The position numbers were made by a program, and so were the translations under genes. The notes below the pieces were generated by a model. The model was not told where the DNA came from, did no database searches, and saw nothing but the letters and a program-made list of their open reading frames with translations. From assembly GCA_003152165.1 (NCBI GenBank), contig PLZO01000125.1, forward strand, positions 1,346 to 65,345: DNA of 64,000 bases. Reading direction: 5' to 3'. Shown piece by piece: positions 1 through 9,383 of this stretch. Positions within the stretch are counted from its first letter, which is position 1. Each line of letters begins with the position of its first letter. Source of the stretch: Chloroflexota bacterium. GTDB lineage: Bacteria; Chloroflexota; Limnocylindria; Limnocylindrales; CSP1-4.

Positions 1-1081
1 TCCCCGACCGATCGTCGAACGACTCGGGGCGATGGGCTGGCTGGGCATCCCGTTTCCCGAGGATGAAGGTGGCGCCGGCCTGGACACCCTGGCCTATGCC
101 ATCGCGATCGAGGAGATCGGCCGGGTGTGGGGCTCCCTGGGGCTGATCGTCGCCGCCCATACGAGCCTTGGTTGTGGCCCGCTCCACGTGTCCGGCACGC
201 CCGAGCAGAAAGCCCGCTACCTCGTGCCGATGGCGGAGGGCCGGGTGATTGGTGCCTATGGCCTCACCGAGCCGGGAGCAGGCTCCGACTCCGGCGGCAC
301 CCGGACCACCGCTCGTTTTGAGGATGCCCCGGACGGTGGTTCGTGGGTGATCGACGGGGGCAAGCGATTCATCACGAATGCCGGCCAGGCCGGGACGTAC
401 ATTGTCACCGCCCGAACCGGGACGAGGGCAGCCAAGGCAGGTGGCCCTGCGGCCGAGGCGGCCGCCGAGATCAGTGCCTTCATCGTGCCCGCCGACACGC
501 CCGGCTTCAGCGTGGGCCGGCTTGAGGAAAAGATGGGTTTGCACGCCTCGGCGACCGGCGAGCTCATCTTCGAGGGCGCCCGGCTCCCTGCGGCCAACCT
601 GCTCGGCGAACGGGGTGGCGGCTTCCGGATTGCGCTGAACACCCTGGACGGCGGCCGGATCAGCATCGGCGCCCTGGCTGTGGGGCTGGCCCAGGCGGCC
701 CTCGACGCAGCCATCCCGTACGCCCAGACCCGGCGGCAATTCGGGCGGCCGATCGGCACGTTCCAGGGAGTCGCCTTCCTGATCGCCGACATGGCCACCG
801 AGATCGAGGCCGCTCGGCAGCTGGTCTGGCGCGCTGCCTGGCTGAAGGATCAGGGCCGAGACTACGGCCTGGCCGCAGCCCAGGCCAAGCTGTTCGCCTC
901 GGAGGTCAGCGCCCGGGCGACGAACGCCGCGATCCAGGTCCACGGAGGCTACGGCTACATCGAGGAATACAAGGTTGAGCGCTACCTGCGCGACGCCAAG
1001 CTGACCGAGATCGGGGAGGGGACGAGCCAGATCCAGCGCCTGGTGATCGCCCGCCGCATCCTGGACCTGCGGGTGGTCTAG
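1..1081 (+). CDS. acyl-CoA dehydrogenase (5' end runs off window)
   Basis: Motifs GAYGLTEPGAGSD, KRFITNAG, RRQFGRPIGTFQGV, IQVHGGYGYIEEY, RDAKLTEIGEGTSQIQR. Confidence 0.93.
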   Translation, partial: PRPIVERLGAMGWLGIPFPEDEGGAGLDTLAYAIAIEEIGRVWGSLGLIVAAHTSLGCGPLHVSGTPEQKARYLVPMAEGRVIGAYGLTEPGAGSDSGGTRTTARFEDAPDGGSWVIDGGKRFITNAGQAGTYIVTARTGTRAAKAGGPAAEAAAEISAFIVPADTPGFSVGRLEEKMGLHASATGELIFEGARLPAANLLGERGGGFRIALNTLDGGRISIGALAVGLAQAALDAAIPYAQTRRQFGRPIGTFQGVAFLIADMATEIEAARQLVWRAAWLKDQGRDYGLAAAQAKLFASEVSARATNAAIQVHGGYGYIEEYKVERYLRDAKLTEIGEGTSQIQRLVIARRILDLRVV

Positions 1082-1091
1082 GTCGCGATCA

Positions 1092-1571
1092 CTAGGGGTT
1101 CCCGCCGCCGCCGCCGTCGCTGCCGTTGCCGCCGTCGCCGGCGGCGGTCGTCAGGACCTGGCGGAGGGTATCCTGGAACTTCGTGCCCCAGGGTCCCTGC
1201 CCGGCCGCAACGTATGGTGACGGATCGACCGAGTCGTAGGTCGCGGGATCCGTTACGAAACTGAGCGCACACTGCGAAACCGAGCTCGACAGTCGGCTCC
1301 AGGTGGCGGCGTCGGCAAAGATGTAGATGTGGATCCGGACCGGCGCCAGCTGGTCGAGCCCCACTGCCGTGAAACTGATCGCCGTCGGAACGAGTTGCGG
1401 GTCCTTGCAGCCGGCGTCGCCGGAGACCTGGTCCGAGACAACGATCCCGGCATCCGACAGCGCCGAGACGATCCCTGGGAAGTTGGCCGGACTCGGTGAC
1501 GGCAGCTCCGACACGCGTGCTCCGCAACCGGCCAGGAGCAGAGCGAGCAGGCCGACGACGATCCGGGACAT
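1092..1571 (-). CDS. putative lipoprotein
   Basis: Signal peptide with lipobox LLLAGC, then Pro/Ser linker and a Cys pair. Confidence 0.7.
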   Translation of the reverse strand: MSRIVVGLLALLLAGCGARVSELPSPSPANFPGIVSALSDAGIVVSDQVSGDAGCKDPQLVPTAISFTAVGLDQLAPVRIHIYIFADAATWSRLSSSVSQCALSFVTDPATYDSVDPSPYVAAGQGPWGTKFQDTLRQVLTTAAGDGGNGSDGGGGGNP

Positions 1572-1709
1572 GGCCCGAGGCTACCACCGGATCGGCTCAC
1601 CCGCGGCCGGAGCGCCAGCGGCACCGTCGTATCGTACGATTGGCGGGCTCAAGCGCTTGTTGACGGGCCCGCCGTCGAGCCCGTTCGCCGCGTCCCCTTT
1701 GAGGAACCC

Positions 1710-3029
1710 GTGCCCCAAGTCCGACCGTTTCGTGCCCTCCGCTACGAGCCAGAGATCGTCGGTGATCTCGCGGCGGTGGTCAGCCCGCCGTACGACGTGA
1801 TCAGCCCGACCGAAGCAGTCGCCCTCCTGGCTCGTCACCCAAAGAACGTGGTCCGGCTCGACCTGCCCGTCGGCGAGCAGGGCGACGGCCCCGACGACCG
1901 CTATCGACGGGCCGCTCGGACGTTCGCGGCCTGGCGATCCGACGGGACGTTCCATAAGGACCCCCGACCCTCGCTCTACGTCTACGAGCAGGCCTACCGC
2001 GTACCGGGCTCGGCGATCGAGCGTGTCCAGCGGGGCTTCTTCGGCCGGCTCCGGCTCGAGCCATTCGAGCCCGGGTCCGGCGTCTTGCCCCACGAGCGAA
2101 CGATGTCGGCCCCACGGGAGGATCGCTACAAGCTGCTCCGGGCGACCGGCGTGAACACGAGTCCGGTCGTCGGCCTATACGAGGATCCGGCCGGCCAGTC
2201 GGCGAGGATCCTGGAGGACGTTGCCCGGACAAATCCGATCGCCGACGTCACCGATGACGACAGGGTCCGCCACCGGATGTGGGCGCTGCCCGCCGAGGGG
2301 TCCGAGGCGGGCCAGGTGGCGACCTTGATCGCCGCTGCGGCGGCGGGACCGATCACGATCGCTGACGGCCACCACCGCTACGAAACGGCCCTGCGCTACC
2401 GTGACGAGCGCCGGATGAGTCGCTCCTGCGAGGAGGACCCTGCGTTCGATTACATCCTGATGCTCTTCCTGGAAGCAACGAGCCCACTGACTGTGTTGCC
2501 GACCCATCGGGTCCTGGGCGGCCTGGGCGAAGATGGCGTTGCGGTCCTCCGGCGGGGGCTGAGCGACCTGTTTGACGAGGAGCCCATCGACGCAGCGGCC
2601 CATTTGATCGCCGACTTTGGAGCCAACGGGTCGGCGCACAGTGGGCGCGGCCGCTTCGGCCTGTGGACACGCTCCGGCGGTGCCATCCTGACCGCCCGCT
2701 CGGCCGCCTTCGAGCCGCTCGTGCCGGCGGGCGGGCAAGCCCTGCGCCATCTTGATGTCACCCTCCTGCAGGTGGTCCTCGAGCAGCTCGCCGGGATCGA
2801 CCAGGCGAGCATGGCTGCCGGCCGGGTTGTCTACACCAAGTCGGCGGAGGAGGCGATTGCCTGGGTGAACGGCACGTCGGACGGCGCCGACGTCGCATTC
2901 CTGCTCGAACCTACGCCGGTCGCCGCCATCGTCGAGGTTGCCCGGGAGGGTGACGTCATGCCCCAGAAGTCGACCTATTTCTACCCGAAGCCGTTGACCG
3001 GCCTCGTAATCAACCCACATGAGTGGTAG
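1710..3029 (+). CDS. DUF1015 domain protein
   Basis: N-terminal RPFRALRY, SPPYDVI, LPHERT, IADGHHRYETA, MPQKSTYFYPK. Confidence 0.92.
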   Translation: MPQVRPFRALRYEPEIVGDLAAVVSPPYDVISPTEAVALLARHPKNVVRLDLPVGEQGDGPDDRYRRAARTFAAWRSDGTFHKDPRPSLYVYEQAYRVPGSAIERVQRGFFGRLRLEPFEPGSGVLPHERTMSAPREDRYKLLRATGVNTSPVVGLYEDPAGQSARILEDVARTNPIADVTDDDRVRHRMWALPAEGSEAGQVATLIAAAAAGPITIADGHHRYETALRYRDERRMSRSCEEDPAFDYILMLFLEATSPLTVLPTHRVLGGLGEDGVAVLRRGLSDLFDEEPIDAAAHLIADFGANGSAHSGRGRFGLWTRSGGAILTARSAAFEPLVPAGGQALRHLDVTLLQVVLEQLAGIDQASMAAGRVVYTKSAEEAIAWVNGTSDGADVAFLLEPTPVAAIVEVAREGDVMPQKSTYFYPKPLTGLVINPHEW

Positions 3030-3903
3030 GACCATGACCGAGCGCTCGAGCGGCATCATGCCGATGCCCGCCGCGGCACCCACCCGCCCGGTTCGCAAGG
3101 ACGAGATCGAGCTGAGCGACCGGGGCATCTACATCGAGTCGTGGTTGCCCGAACGGCGTTCGCGCCGGCGACCGCTCCTGTTCGTCCACGGCGAGCTCGC
3201 CGGATCCTGGGTCTGGGAGCAGCATCTCCAATACTTCGCGGCGCGCGGCTGGGAAGGCCATGCGCTCAACCTGCGCAATCATTTCTGGTCGCAGACCGCG
3301 GACCCAACGACGCTCTCGTTCGATACGTACACTGAAGACGTCCTCGAGGCAATCGAACGCCTCGGCTCGGCGGTCGTCGTGATCGGCCATGGCATGGGCG
3401 GCCTCCTCGCCCTCAAGGCGGCCGAGCGGCGGCCTGTCGGTGGGCTGATCCTGCTGTCCTCCGAGCTGCCCAAAGAGCTCCGCGACCCGGCTCTCGCCCA
3501 CGAGCTGCGCGAGATCCCCGAGGTCTACGGGCGCGACCTGCTCGGCTGGGAGACCCTGCCCGAGCGCCTCCAGCGCGATCACCGGGACCTGGCCCTGGCC
3601 GACATCCTGCGGATCCAGCACCTGCTCGGCCAGAAACCCCATGAGTCGGGCGCGGCGCGGCGCCAGATGATCGCGGGCGTGCCGATCGAGCGAGCCCGAC
3701 TCGCGGGCATCCCGACCCTGGTGGTCGGGGCAGGTCTCGACCGGTACGTTCCGGAGGCCGCCAGCGAGCGGCTCGCCGAGTGGCTGTCGGCCGACTACGA
3801 ACCATTCGGTGCCCATTCCCACTTCGGCCTCGTCCTGGGTGAAGCGAGTCATCTCCAGGTCGCGGACACGGTCCGGGCCTTCCTCGAGACGAACCACCTG
3901 TAG
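3019..3903 (+). CDS. alpha/beta hydrolase fold protein lacking the nucleophile Ser (GHGMGG)
   Basis: LLFVHG, VVIGHGMGG at the nucleophile elbow, PTLVVGAGLD, HSH. Confidence 0.8.
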   Translation: MSGRTMTERSSGIMPMPAAAPTRPVRKDEIELSDRGIYIESWLPERRSRRRPLLFVHGELAGSWVWEQHLQYFAARGWEGHALNLRNHFWSQTADPTTLSFDTYTEDVLEAIERLGSAVVVIGHGMGGLLALKAAERRPVGGLILLSSELPKELRDPALAHELREIPEVYGRDLLGWETLPERLQRDHRDLALADILRIQHLLGQKPHESGAARRQMIAGVPIERARLAGIPTLVVGAGLDRYVPEAASERLAEWLSADYEPFGAHSHFGLVLGEASHLQVADTVRAFLETNHL

Positions 3904-3911
3904 CCGCTCGC

Positions 3912-3920
3912 TGGTATCAT
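3912..3920 (+). promoter_or_regulatory. extended -10 promoter (TGgTATCAT) for tRNA-Glu
   Basis: TGn-TATCAT about 40 bp upstream of the tRNA. Confidence 0.45.
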
Positions 3921-3957
3921 TCCGGCCGGTCCGGCGCTCGACGCCACCGGCCGACCT

Positions 3958-4034
3958 GCCGCATTCGTCTAGAGGCCCAGGACACCGCCCTCTCAAGGCG
4001 GAGATCACCGGTTCGAATCCGGTATGCGGTACCA
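3958..4034 (+). tRNA. tRNA-Glu(CTC)
   Basis: Acceptor GCCGCAT/ATGCGGT, anticodon arm CCGCC-CTCTCAA-GGCGG, T-loop GGTTCGAATCC, encoded CCA. Confidence 0.97.
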
Positions 4035-4076
4035 GTGACTCGGTCGCTGGGGCTGGGAGAATATCCAGGAGGCCCA

Positions 4077-5189
4077 GTGCCCTACCCGTCGGCGCGTCGC
4101 CTGATCATCCTTGCTGAGGGCCACTTCGGGCCCCACGATGGTAAGACCGCGATGGGCGTGATCCGCTACGGCCACGATCCCGTGATTGCCGTCATCGATT
4201 CGACCAATGCCGGTCGAAACGTGCGCGAATGGCTCGGCGACCGACCTCGGTTTGACATCCCGATCGTCGCCTCACTGGCCGATGCACAGGCCCTCGGCCT
4301 GGTTCGGGGTACGCCCACGGCCCTCCTCATCGGTATTGCCCCAACCGGCGGCAAGCTGCCTGCCGCCTGGCGGCAGGTAATCCTCGAGTCGATCGGAGCC
4401 TGCCTCGACATCCTGTCGGGCCTGCACACCCTCATCGGCGATGACCCCGAGTTCGCCGCGGCCGCTCGCGCAGCCGGGGTGGAGATCGTCGACTATCGCC
4501 GCCCGCCGAGCCGCGAGGAGACCGCCGTCGGTCGCGCCCATGCCCCCGGCAAGCACGTGATTCTGACTGTCGGCACGGATTGCGCGATCGGCAAGATGAG
4601 CGTCGCCCTCGAGCTGCGCCAGGCTGCCATCGATGCCGGGCTGGTGGCCGTCTTCGTGCCGACTGGCCAGACCGGGATGATGATCGACGGCTGGGGCGTC
4701 GCGGTCGATCGGGTGATCAGCGACTTCAGCAACGGCACCTGCGAATGGCTGGTCGAGCAGGCTGAGGCCAAGGGCGACTGGATCATCGTCGAGGGTCAGG
4801 GCTCACTCGATCATCCTGCCTACAGCGCCGTCACGCTCGGCCTGATCCATGGCACCACCCCGCAGGCGATGGTAATGGTCCACAAGCCAGGTCTGCCCGA
4901 GCACGACTGGGACCACGTCGAGGGCCGGACGTTCCCACTCCAGCCTCTCAACGACTTCGTACGGCTCCACGAGCAGGTCGCCGGCGTGGTGGCTCCATCC
5001 AGGGTGCTGGCCATTGCGCTCAACACTTCGCTGTTCGCGGAGGAGGCGGCCGCCCGGCGGGTGATCGCCGAGACGGCCGCGGAGACGGGCCTGCCAACCG
5101 ATGATCCGGTCCGCTTCGGCCCGGCGCGCCTGTGGGCGGCGATCCAGGCTGGGGTCGAGGCGCTCGACCAGGCAACGGCCGGGCGATGA
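4077..5189 (+). CDS. DUF1611 protein (DgcN-like D-glutamate N-acetyltransferase family)
   Basis: GGAGG before GTG 4077; GKTAMG, IGIAPTGGKL, TVGTDCAIGKM, TGQTGMMI, EGQGSL. Confidence 0.85.
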   Translation: MPYPSARRLIILAEGHFGPHDGKTAMGVIRYGHDPVIAVIDSTNAGRNVREWLGDRPRFDIPIVASLADAQALGLVRGTPTALLIGIAPTGGKLPAAWRQVILESIGACLDILSGLHTLIGDDPEFAAAARAAGVEIVDYRRPPSREETAVGRAHAPGKHVILTVGTDCAIGKMSVALELRQAAIDAGLVAVFVPTGQTGMMIDGWGVAVDRVISDFSNGTCEWLVEQAEAKGDWIIVEGQGSLDHPAYSAVTLGLIHGTTPQAMVMVHKPGLPEHDWDHVEGRTFPLQPLNDFVRLHEQVAGVVAPSRVLAIALNTSLFAEEAAARRVIAETAAETGLPTDDPVRFGPARLWAAIQAGVEALDQATAGR

Positions 5190-6247
5190 GCCTCCAGCTG
5201 AGCAGCGAGATCATCCACCTGCCCTATCGCGAGCCGTTCCGGATCGCCCGCGCCCATGGCGGCGACGGGATGAGCTCGATGATCGTCGAGCTGCGCAACG
5301 ACTCGTGGCCGGATCTCGTCGGCTATGGCGAGGGCTATCCCGACGCCTATTACGGTGAGACGCTCGAGACGATTGGAGTCGTCCTACCACTCCTGCTGGC
5401 CGCGATCGGGCCCGATGAGCTCGAGGTGACCGCAGTCGACGGCGCTGCCCTGTCCGAGAGGATCGGGGAACGGTTCGAAGCGACGATCGCCCATCACGGT
5501 GCTGCGAAATGCGCCCTCGACACGGCGGTGCACGACCTCGTCGGCAAGCACCTCGGGCTGCCGGTTCACCGGCTGCTCGGCCTGTCGTCCGCGATCGGAC
5601 CAACCGACTTTACGATCGGGATCGACGATCCCGAGGTCGTGGCGGCTCGAGCCGCCCGGGCGACCAGGTTTCCAGCCCTCAAGATCAAGGTCGGCGGCCC
5701 GTCCGACCTGGAGACGCTCGAGGCAGTCAGGCGCGTCTTTGATGGTCCAATCCGGGTCGACGCCAATACGGCCTGGACACCCGAGCAGGGCGCCCGGCTC
5801 ATCCCGGACCTGATCCGTCTCGGGGTAGAGCTGATCGAGCAGCCCTTCCCTGCCCACCGGATTGACCAGCTGGGCTGGCTCCAGGAGCGCTCGGCGCTAC
5901 CGCTCGTGGCCGACGAGAGCGCGGTCACGATCCGCGACCTCGTCGGGCTGGTGGGGGTCGTGGATGGGGTGAACGTGAAGCTGGCCAAGTGCGGCGGCCC
6001 AGGCCCGGCCAGCCGAATGCTGGCGCGTGCGCGCGAGCTCGGCTTTCGGACCTTCCTCGGCTGCATGGAGGAGACGTCGCTCGGGATTGCCGCCTCGGCC
6101 CATGTGGCCGCCGCGGCCGACTGGATCGACCTCGATGGCTGCCTGCTGATCTCGGGAGATCCGTTCGAGGGCCTCGAGCTCGGCGCCGACTGCCGCTGGC
6201 AGCTGACCGATACGCCTGGTCTGGGGATCCGCCGACGGGCGAACTGA
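5186..6247 (+). CDS. dipeptide epimerase / DgcA-like racemase, enolase superfamily
   Basis: KIKVG, VDANTAW, LIEQP, ADES, NVKLAKCGG, GCMEET, DLDG; ATGA overlap with the DUF1611 gene. Confidence 0.9.
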   Translation: MSLQLSSEIIHLPYREPFRIARAHGGDGMSSMIVELRNDSWPDLVGYGEGYPDAYYGETLETIGVVLPLLLAAIGPDELEVTAVDGAALSERIGERFEATIAHHGAAKCALDTAVHDLVGKHLGLPVHRLLGLSSAIGPTDFTIGIDDPEVVAARAARATRFPALKIKVGGPSDLETLEAVRRVFDGPIRVDANTAWTPEQGARLIPDLIRLGVELIEQPFPAHRIDQLGWLQERSALPLVADESAVTIRDLVGLVGVVDGVNVKLAKCGGPGPASRMLARARELGFRTFLGCMEETSLGIAASAHVAAAADWIDLDGCLLISGDPFEGLELGADCRWQLTDTPGLGIRRRAN

Positions 6248-6259
6248 GGCACGGACGCG

Positions 6260-6326
6260 TGTGGACAACTTGGTGGACGAGATCGTGGACAAAACCGTGC
6301 CCCCCGTCCGGGTCGCCCTCTATGAT
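6260..6326 (+). promoter_or_regulatory. three DnaA-box-like 9-mers at 12-bp spacing upstream of a TATGAT -10
   Basis: TGTGGACAA 6260, GGTGGACGA 6272, CGTGGACAA 6284 (reverse complements of TTGTCCACA with 0, 2 and 1 mismatches); TATGAT 6321. Confidence 0.6.
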
Positions 6327-6443
6327 GGTCGGAACGGGCTGAGACGCCTCGGAGGGGGCTCTCGACATCCCGATTGGATGCGGCCAGACCGCCCGCTTCC
6401 GCGGTCGAGCGCGCCTGCAGACGCGAGAGGAGGAGGGTAATCA

Positions 6444-6737
6444 TTGGCTGATATGCGCACGCCCGCCGCGGTGACAGTGTCCCCGGAGGCGATCGATTTC
6501 GTGCGCTTCTGCTACCGTCGACGACGGGTCGGCTGGCCGGAGCTGTACGACGAGATGTGCGCCGTTGCGAGCCGGGGGCTATACCACGGCTGGGGGCTGG
6601 CCGAGCTCTCCGAGCACGGGATTGGGTTCTCCCTCTTCGAGACACCCGCCCTTGCCCGAGTCGCAGCGGACGTCGCCCGGGAGGAATCCGACCGACGTCC
6701 CGCCGCCACGATCCCGATACCGGTGGCGACCCACTGA
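6444..6737 (+). CDS. small hypothetical protein
   Basis: Strong GAGGAGG SD, protein-like composition, downstream hairpin. Confidence 0.7.
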   Translation: MADMRTPAAVTVSPEAIDFVRFCYRRRRVGWPELYDEMCAVASRGLYHGWGLAELSEHGIGFSLFETPALARVAADVAREESDRRPAATIPIPVATH

Positions 6738-6764
6738 CGGGGGTCTCATCGCGGACCCATGACG

Positions 6765-6791
6765 CGACCCCTGTTGAATCGGCAGGGGTCG
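6765..6791. terminator. hairpin between convergent genes
   Basis: CGACCCCTG...CAGGGGTCG 9-bp stem. Confidence 0.5.
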
Positions 6792-6986
6792 TTGGATTCA
6801 TACGCTGGCCGAGCCCACGAGCGCCGTGGCCGGCGGGGCCGTGGCCGCGGGGCCGGAGCCGTGTCGAGTGCCCAGGGCCATCTGACGCGCCAGGCTGTTC
6901 GGCGCCGGTAGGTGCACGCTTCGACCTGGCCTGTGTCGACCTGGCCTGTGTCGGCGACTGCCGGCCGGCCAGCCCCTCGACTTGCG

Positions 6987-7214
6987 CTAGGCCCGGATCT
7001 TGCGCCGCGCCATCTCACCCTCGATCTGGCGCTCCGCTTCGACGTAGCGGTCGATCTGGTCGCGGATCTCGTTCGCCTCGGGGGTGTAGAGATGGAGCTG
7101 CTGCTGAAGAATGTAGCTCAGGCGCCGGCTGGTCATCCGGACGTGGTCGAGATTTTTCATCAACACGAGCGGGTCCATCGCGGCCAGGTCCGACGGGTGG
7201 TACATCTCCTGCAT
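6987..7214 (-). CDS. small helical hypothetical protein
   Basis: Strong GC3 codon bias, amphipathic helix, TAGAAT -10 just upstream. Confidence 0.7.
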   Translation of the reverse strand: MQEMYHPSDLAAMDPLVLMKNLDHVRMTSRRLSYILQQQLHLYTPEANEIRDQIDRYVEAERQIEGEMARRKIRA

Positions 7215-7303
7215 GGGGGCATTCTAGCCGGGCTGCCGTGGGCTCGGCCGCGCTCGTGGATCCGGGAGCGTCGGCCTACATCGGGCAGAGGACGTGGCCC
7301 TGG

Positions 7304-8782
7304 CTACAGCGCGCGCAGGCGCTGGGGTGGCCAGTCCCAGTCGACCGGAAGAGCTGCGCCGCTCAGGGCGCGCCTACGACCGGCTTCGGTCGAACCCAGG
7401 ACGAGTATCCGATCCAGCTTCGTTGCCCGCCCGGCTTCGTCGCCCCACAGCTTCGTCATCTTTCGCCCGGCCGCCACATCGTCGAGGGCGACGCCGGCCA
7501 GCCGGTAGCCCGTCGGCAGCGCGGCCTCGGCCCAGACCTGCTCCGCCAGGCCCACCCCGCCCATCAGGATTCGTCCCCGATCACGCTCAACGTCGCCGAT
7601 CACCAGCACGACGACCGCGTCATCGGCCAGTACGTGCCGAAGGCCGTCGAGGACCTCGCGCATGAACTGGAGATAGGCGGTCCGGTGGTGAGCGTCGTCG
7701 AGGGCTGCGTCGATCGCTACCGGGTCCTCGCCAAGCAACCAGGCCCGCATCCAGTTGTAGTAGCCGTACTTCACGACCCGCAGGTAGGGCGGCGACGTCA
7801 CGACCAGGCGCGCCCGGTCGGGCAGGGCCCGGGCTCGGAGGGCCGTCCGGGCACGGGCACCGGCGTCACGGGCATCCCCGAGCAGGGCAATCCCGGTCGA
7901 GGCCGGCAGCGGCTGGCGGTATAGGCGGGTCAGCTTCCGATCGAGGCAACCGAACACGTCACGCTCGGGCGAATGGAAGTCGGTTCGGGCAACGTAGTCG
8001 CGGACATAGCCCCGGGCCATGCTGAATGTGTTGGGCATGACCTCCGAGAGGTAGCTTGCCGACTTGCCATGGAGGATCCCGGTCAGGCCGGCAGCGAGGA
8101 AGCGATCCACCCGGTCGTCGATGCGGAGCACGGTTCGCACGAAGAGGAGCTGGGCGAAGGTCCGCGGGTGGAAGGCGAGGGCCACCTCGAGCGGGACCGG
8201 CTCCACGCCAGCCGTCGGCGAGGCCAACGAGCCGGCCGCCGGGACCAGTGCGCCGCCGGGGCCCGGCGCGGCCAGCAGGCGCAGGGAGAGGGCCAGCCAG
8301 GCCGGGTCCTCGCTTGCCCAGCGCAATCGAAGCGCGGTGAGCCGGGTCCGTGCCTCGGCCGGTGTCGCGGGCTCGAGCTTGGCCGCAGTCAGCAGGTAGG
8401 CAAACGGATTGAGGTCGTTGCCAACACCGATCCGGCCCTCGGCACAGGCCTGCAGCGGTGTCGTCCCCCGGCCGCTGAACGGGTCGAGAACCACGTCGCC
8501 AGGGCGGGACCAGCGCGCAATGAAGGCATGGACCAAAGCGGCCGGGAAGCTCGCCAGGTACGAGCACATCGGGTGGAAGCTGTGTCCCCACAGCCGCTGC
8601 TGGTCCTTCCACTCGGGTGCGATCGCCAGCCGGGGTAGCTCTACTGGAAGTTCCAGGGCAAGCTGGGCGGCAGTCGATCCGATGGACTGGGGGGCGCTGG
8701 CGCGTTGGGCGCGCGGCACGTTCAGGCGGACCTCGCGAGGTGTCGTCGCACATCCGGGCGCGACGGGGGCGGAGTGTAGCAC
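7304..8782 (-). CDS. orphan DNA methyltransferase (N4-C/N6-A type; true start probably downstream of 8782)
   Basis: HPMCSYLASFP, VLDPFSGRGTT (motif I), VVTSPPY (motif IV). Confidence 0.85.
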   Translation of the reverse strand: MLHSAPVAPGCATTPREVRLNVPRAQRASAPQSIGSTAAQLALELPVELPRLAIAPEWKDQQRLWGHSFHPMCSYLASFPAALVHAFIARWSRPGDVVLDPFSGRGTTPLQACAEGRIGVGNDLNPFAYLLTAAKLEPATPAEARTRLTALRLRWASEDPAWLALSLRLLAAPGPGGALVPAAGSLASPTAGVEPVPLEVALAFHPRTFAQLLFVRTVLRIDDRVDRFLAAGLTGILHGKSASYLSEVMPNTFSMARGYVRDYVARTDFHSPERDVFGCLDRKLTRLYRQPLPASTGIALLGDARDAGARARTALRARALPDRARLVVTSPPYLRVVKYGYYNWMRAWLLGEDPVAIDAALDDAHHRTAYLQFMREVLDGLRHVLADDAVVVLVIGDVERDRGRILMGGVGLAEQVWAEAALPTGYRLAGVALDDVAAGRKMTKLWGDEAGRATKLDRILVLGSTEAGRRRALSGAALPVDWDWPPQRLRAL

Positions 8783-8870
8783 GCCGAATCAGGCGTTCCG
8801 CGGGTACCCGCCCGGCCAGGGCACTCGCCCTGGCCGGGCGACTGAGGTCGGATCGCCAGGGGTCGCTTGT

Positions 8871-9335
8871 TCAGCGCGGCAAGTAGCGCTTGGCCGACGA
8901 TCCGGCAAAGGCGCGGATCCGGGCGAGCAGCTGGCGTTCGGTGATCGAACTGCTCTTCTCGATCTCGATCCGTCGCTGGCGGCGATGGTTGGCGTCGTCG
9001 GCGCGGATGTGATTCGCAAAGTGCTCGACGACCTCGCCGTCCCCAATCAGAAGCAGGTCGTCGTCGACCGACAGGACATGGGCGACCTGATCGAAGAAGA
9101 CCCGCATGTGCTCGTCGCGATGGCCTTCGCTGCTCGGGTGCTCCTCGGTCGGTGGGCGCCCGGTTGAGCGACGCCGGCTGGGGACGGTCGAGTCGATGCG
9201 ATGGCGCACGGTGAGCTCAGGACCCCAGCGCAACATCGTTGCCGAGCTGGCGGAGATCCAGACACCGGTGGTTCGGGGACTGGTCATCGCAGCCCTCCTT
9301 TCCTGGGCGATCATCGAATCCGCGATCTCCCGCAC
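8871..9335 (-). CDS. hypothetical protein, baeRF/host-attachment-like
   Basis: GVWIS..A N-terminus, FFDQVA, LLLIGDG pattern resembling bacterial release-factor-like families. Confidence 0.5.
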   Translation of the reverse strand: MREIADSMIAQERRAAMTSPRTTGVWISASSATMLRWGPELTVRHRIDSTVPSRRRSTGRPPTEEHPSSEGHRDEHMRVFFDQVAHVLSVDDDLLLIGDGEVVEHFANHIRADDANHRRQRRIEIEKSSSITERQLLARIRAFAGSSAKRYLPR

Positions 9336-9383
9336 CCAGTCTAGGCCGCGCGTTCGCCCGGGGCAGCCCCTGGGCTGATCGAT

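Noticed and set aside
6260..6440. Chromosomal oriC
   Set aside because: Only three boxes, no AT-rich unwinding element, and no dnaA/dnaN nearby.
6921..6950. 15-bp tandem duplication TCGACCTGGCCTGTG
   Set aside because: Two copies only, in a convergent intergenic gap; consistent with simple slippage.
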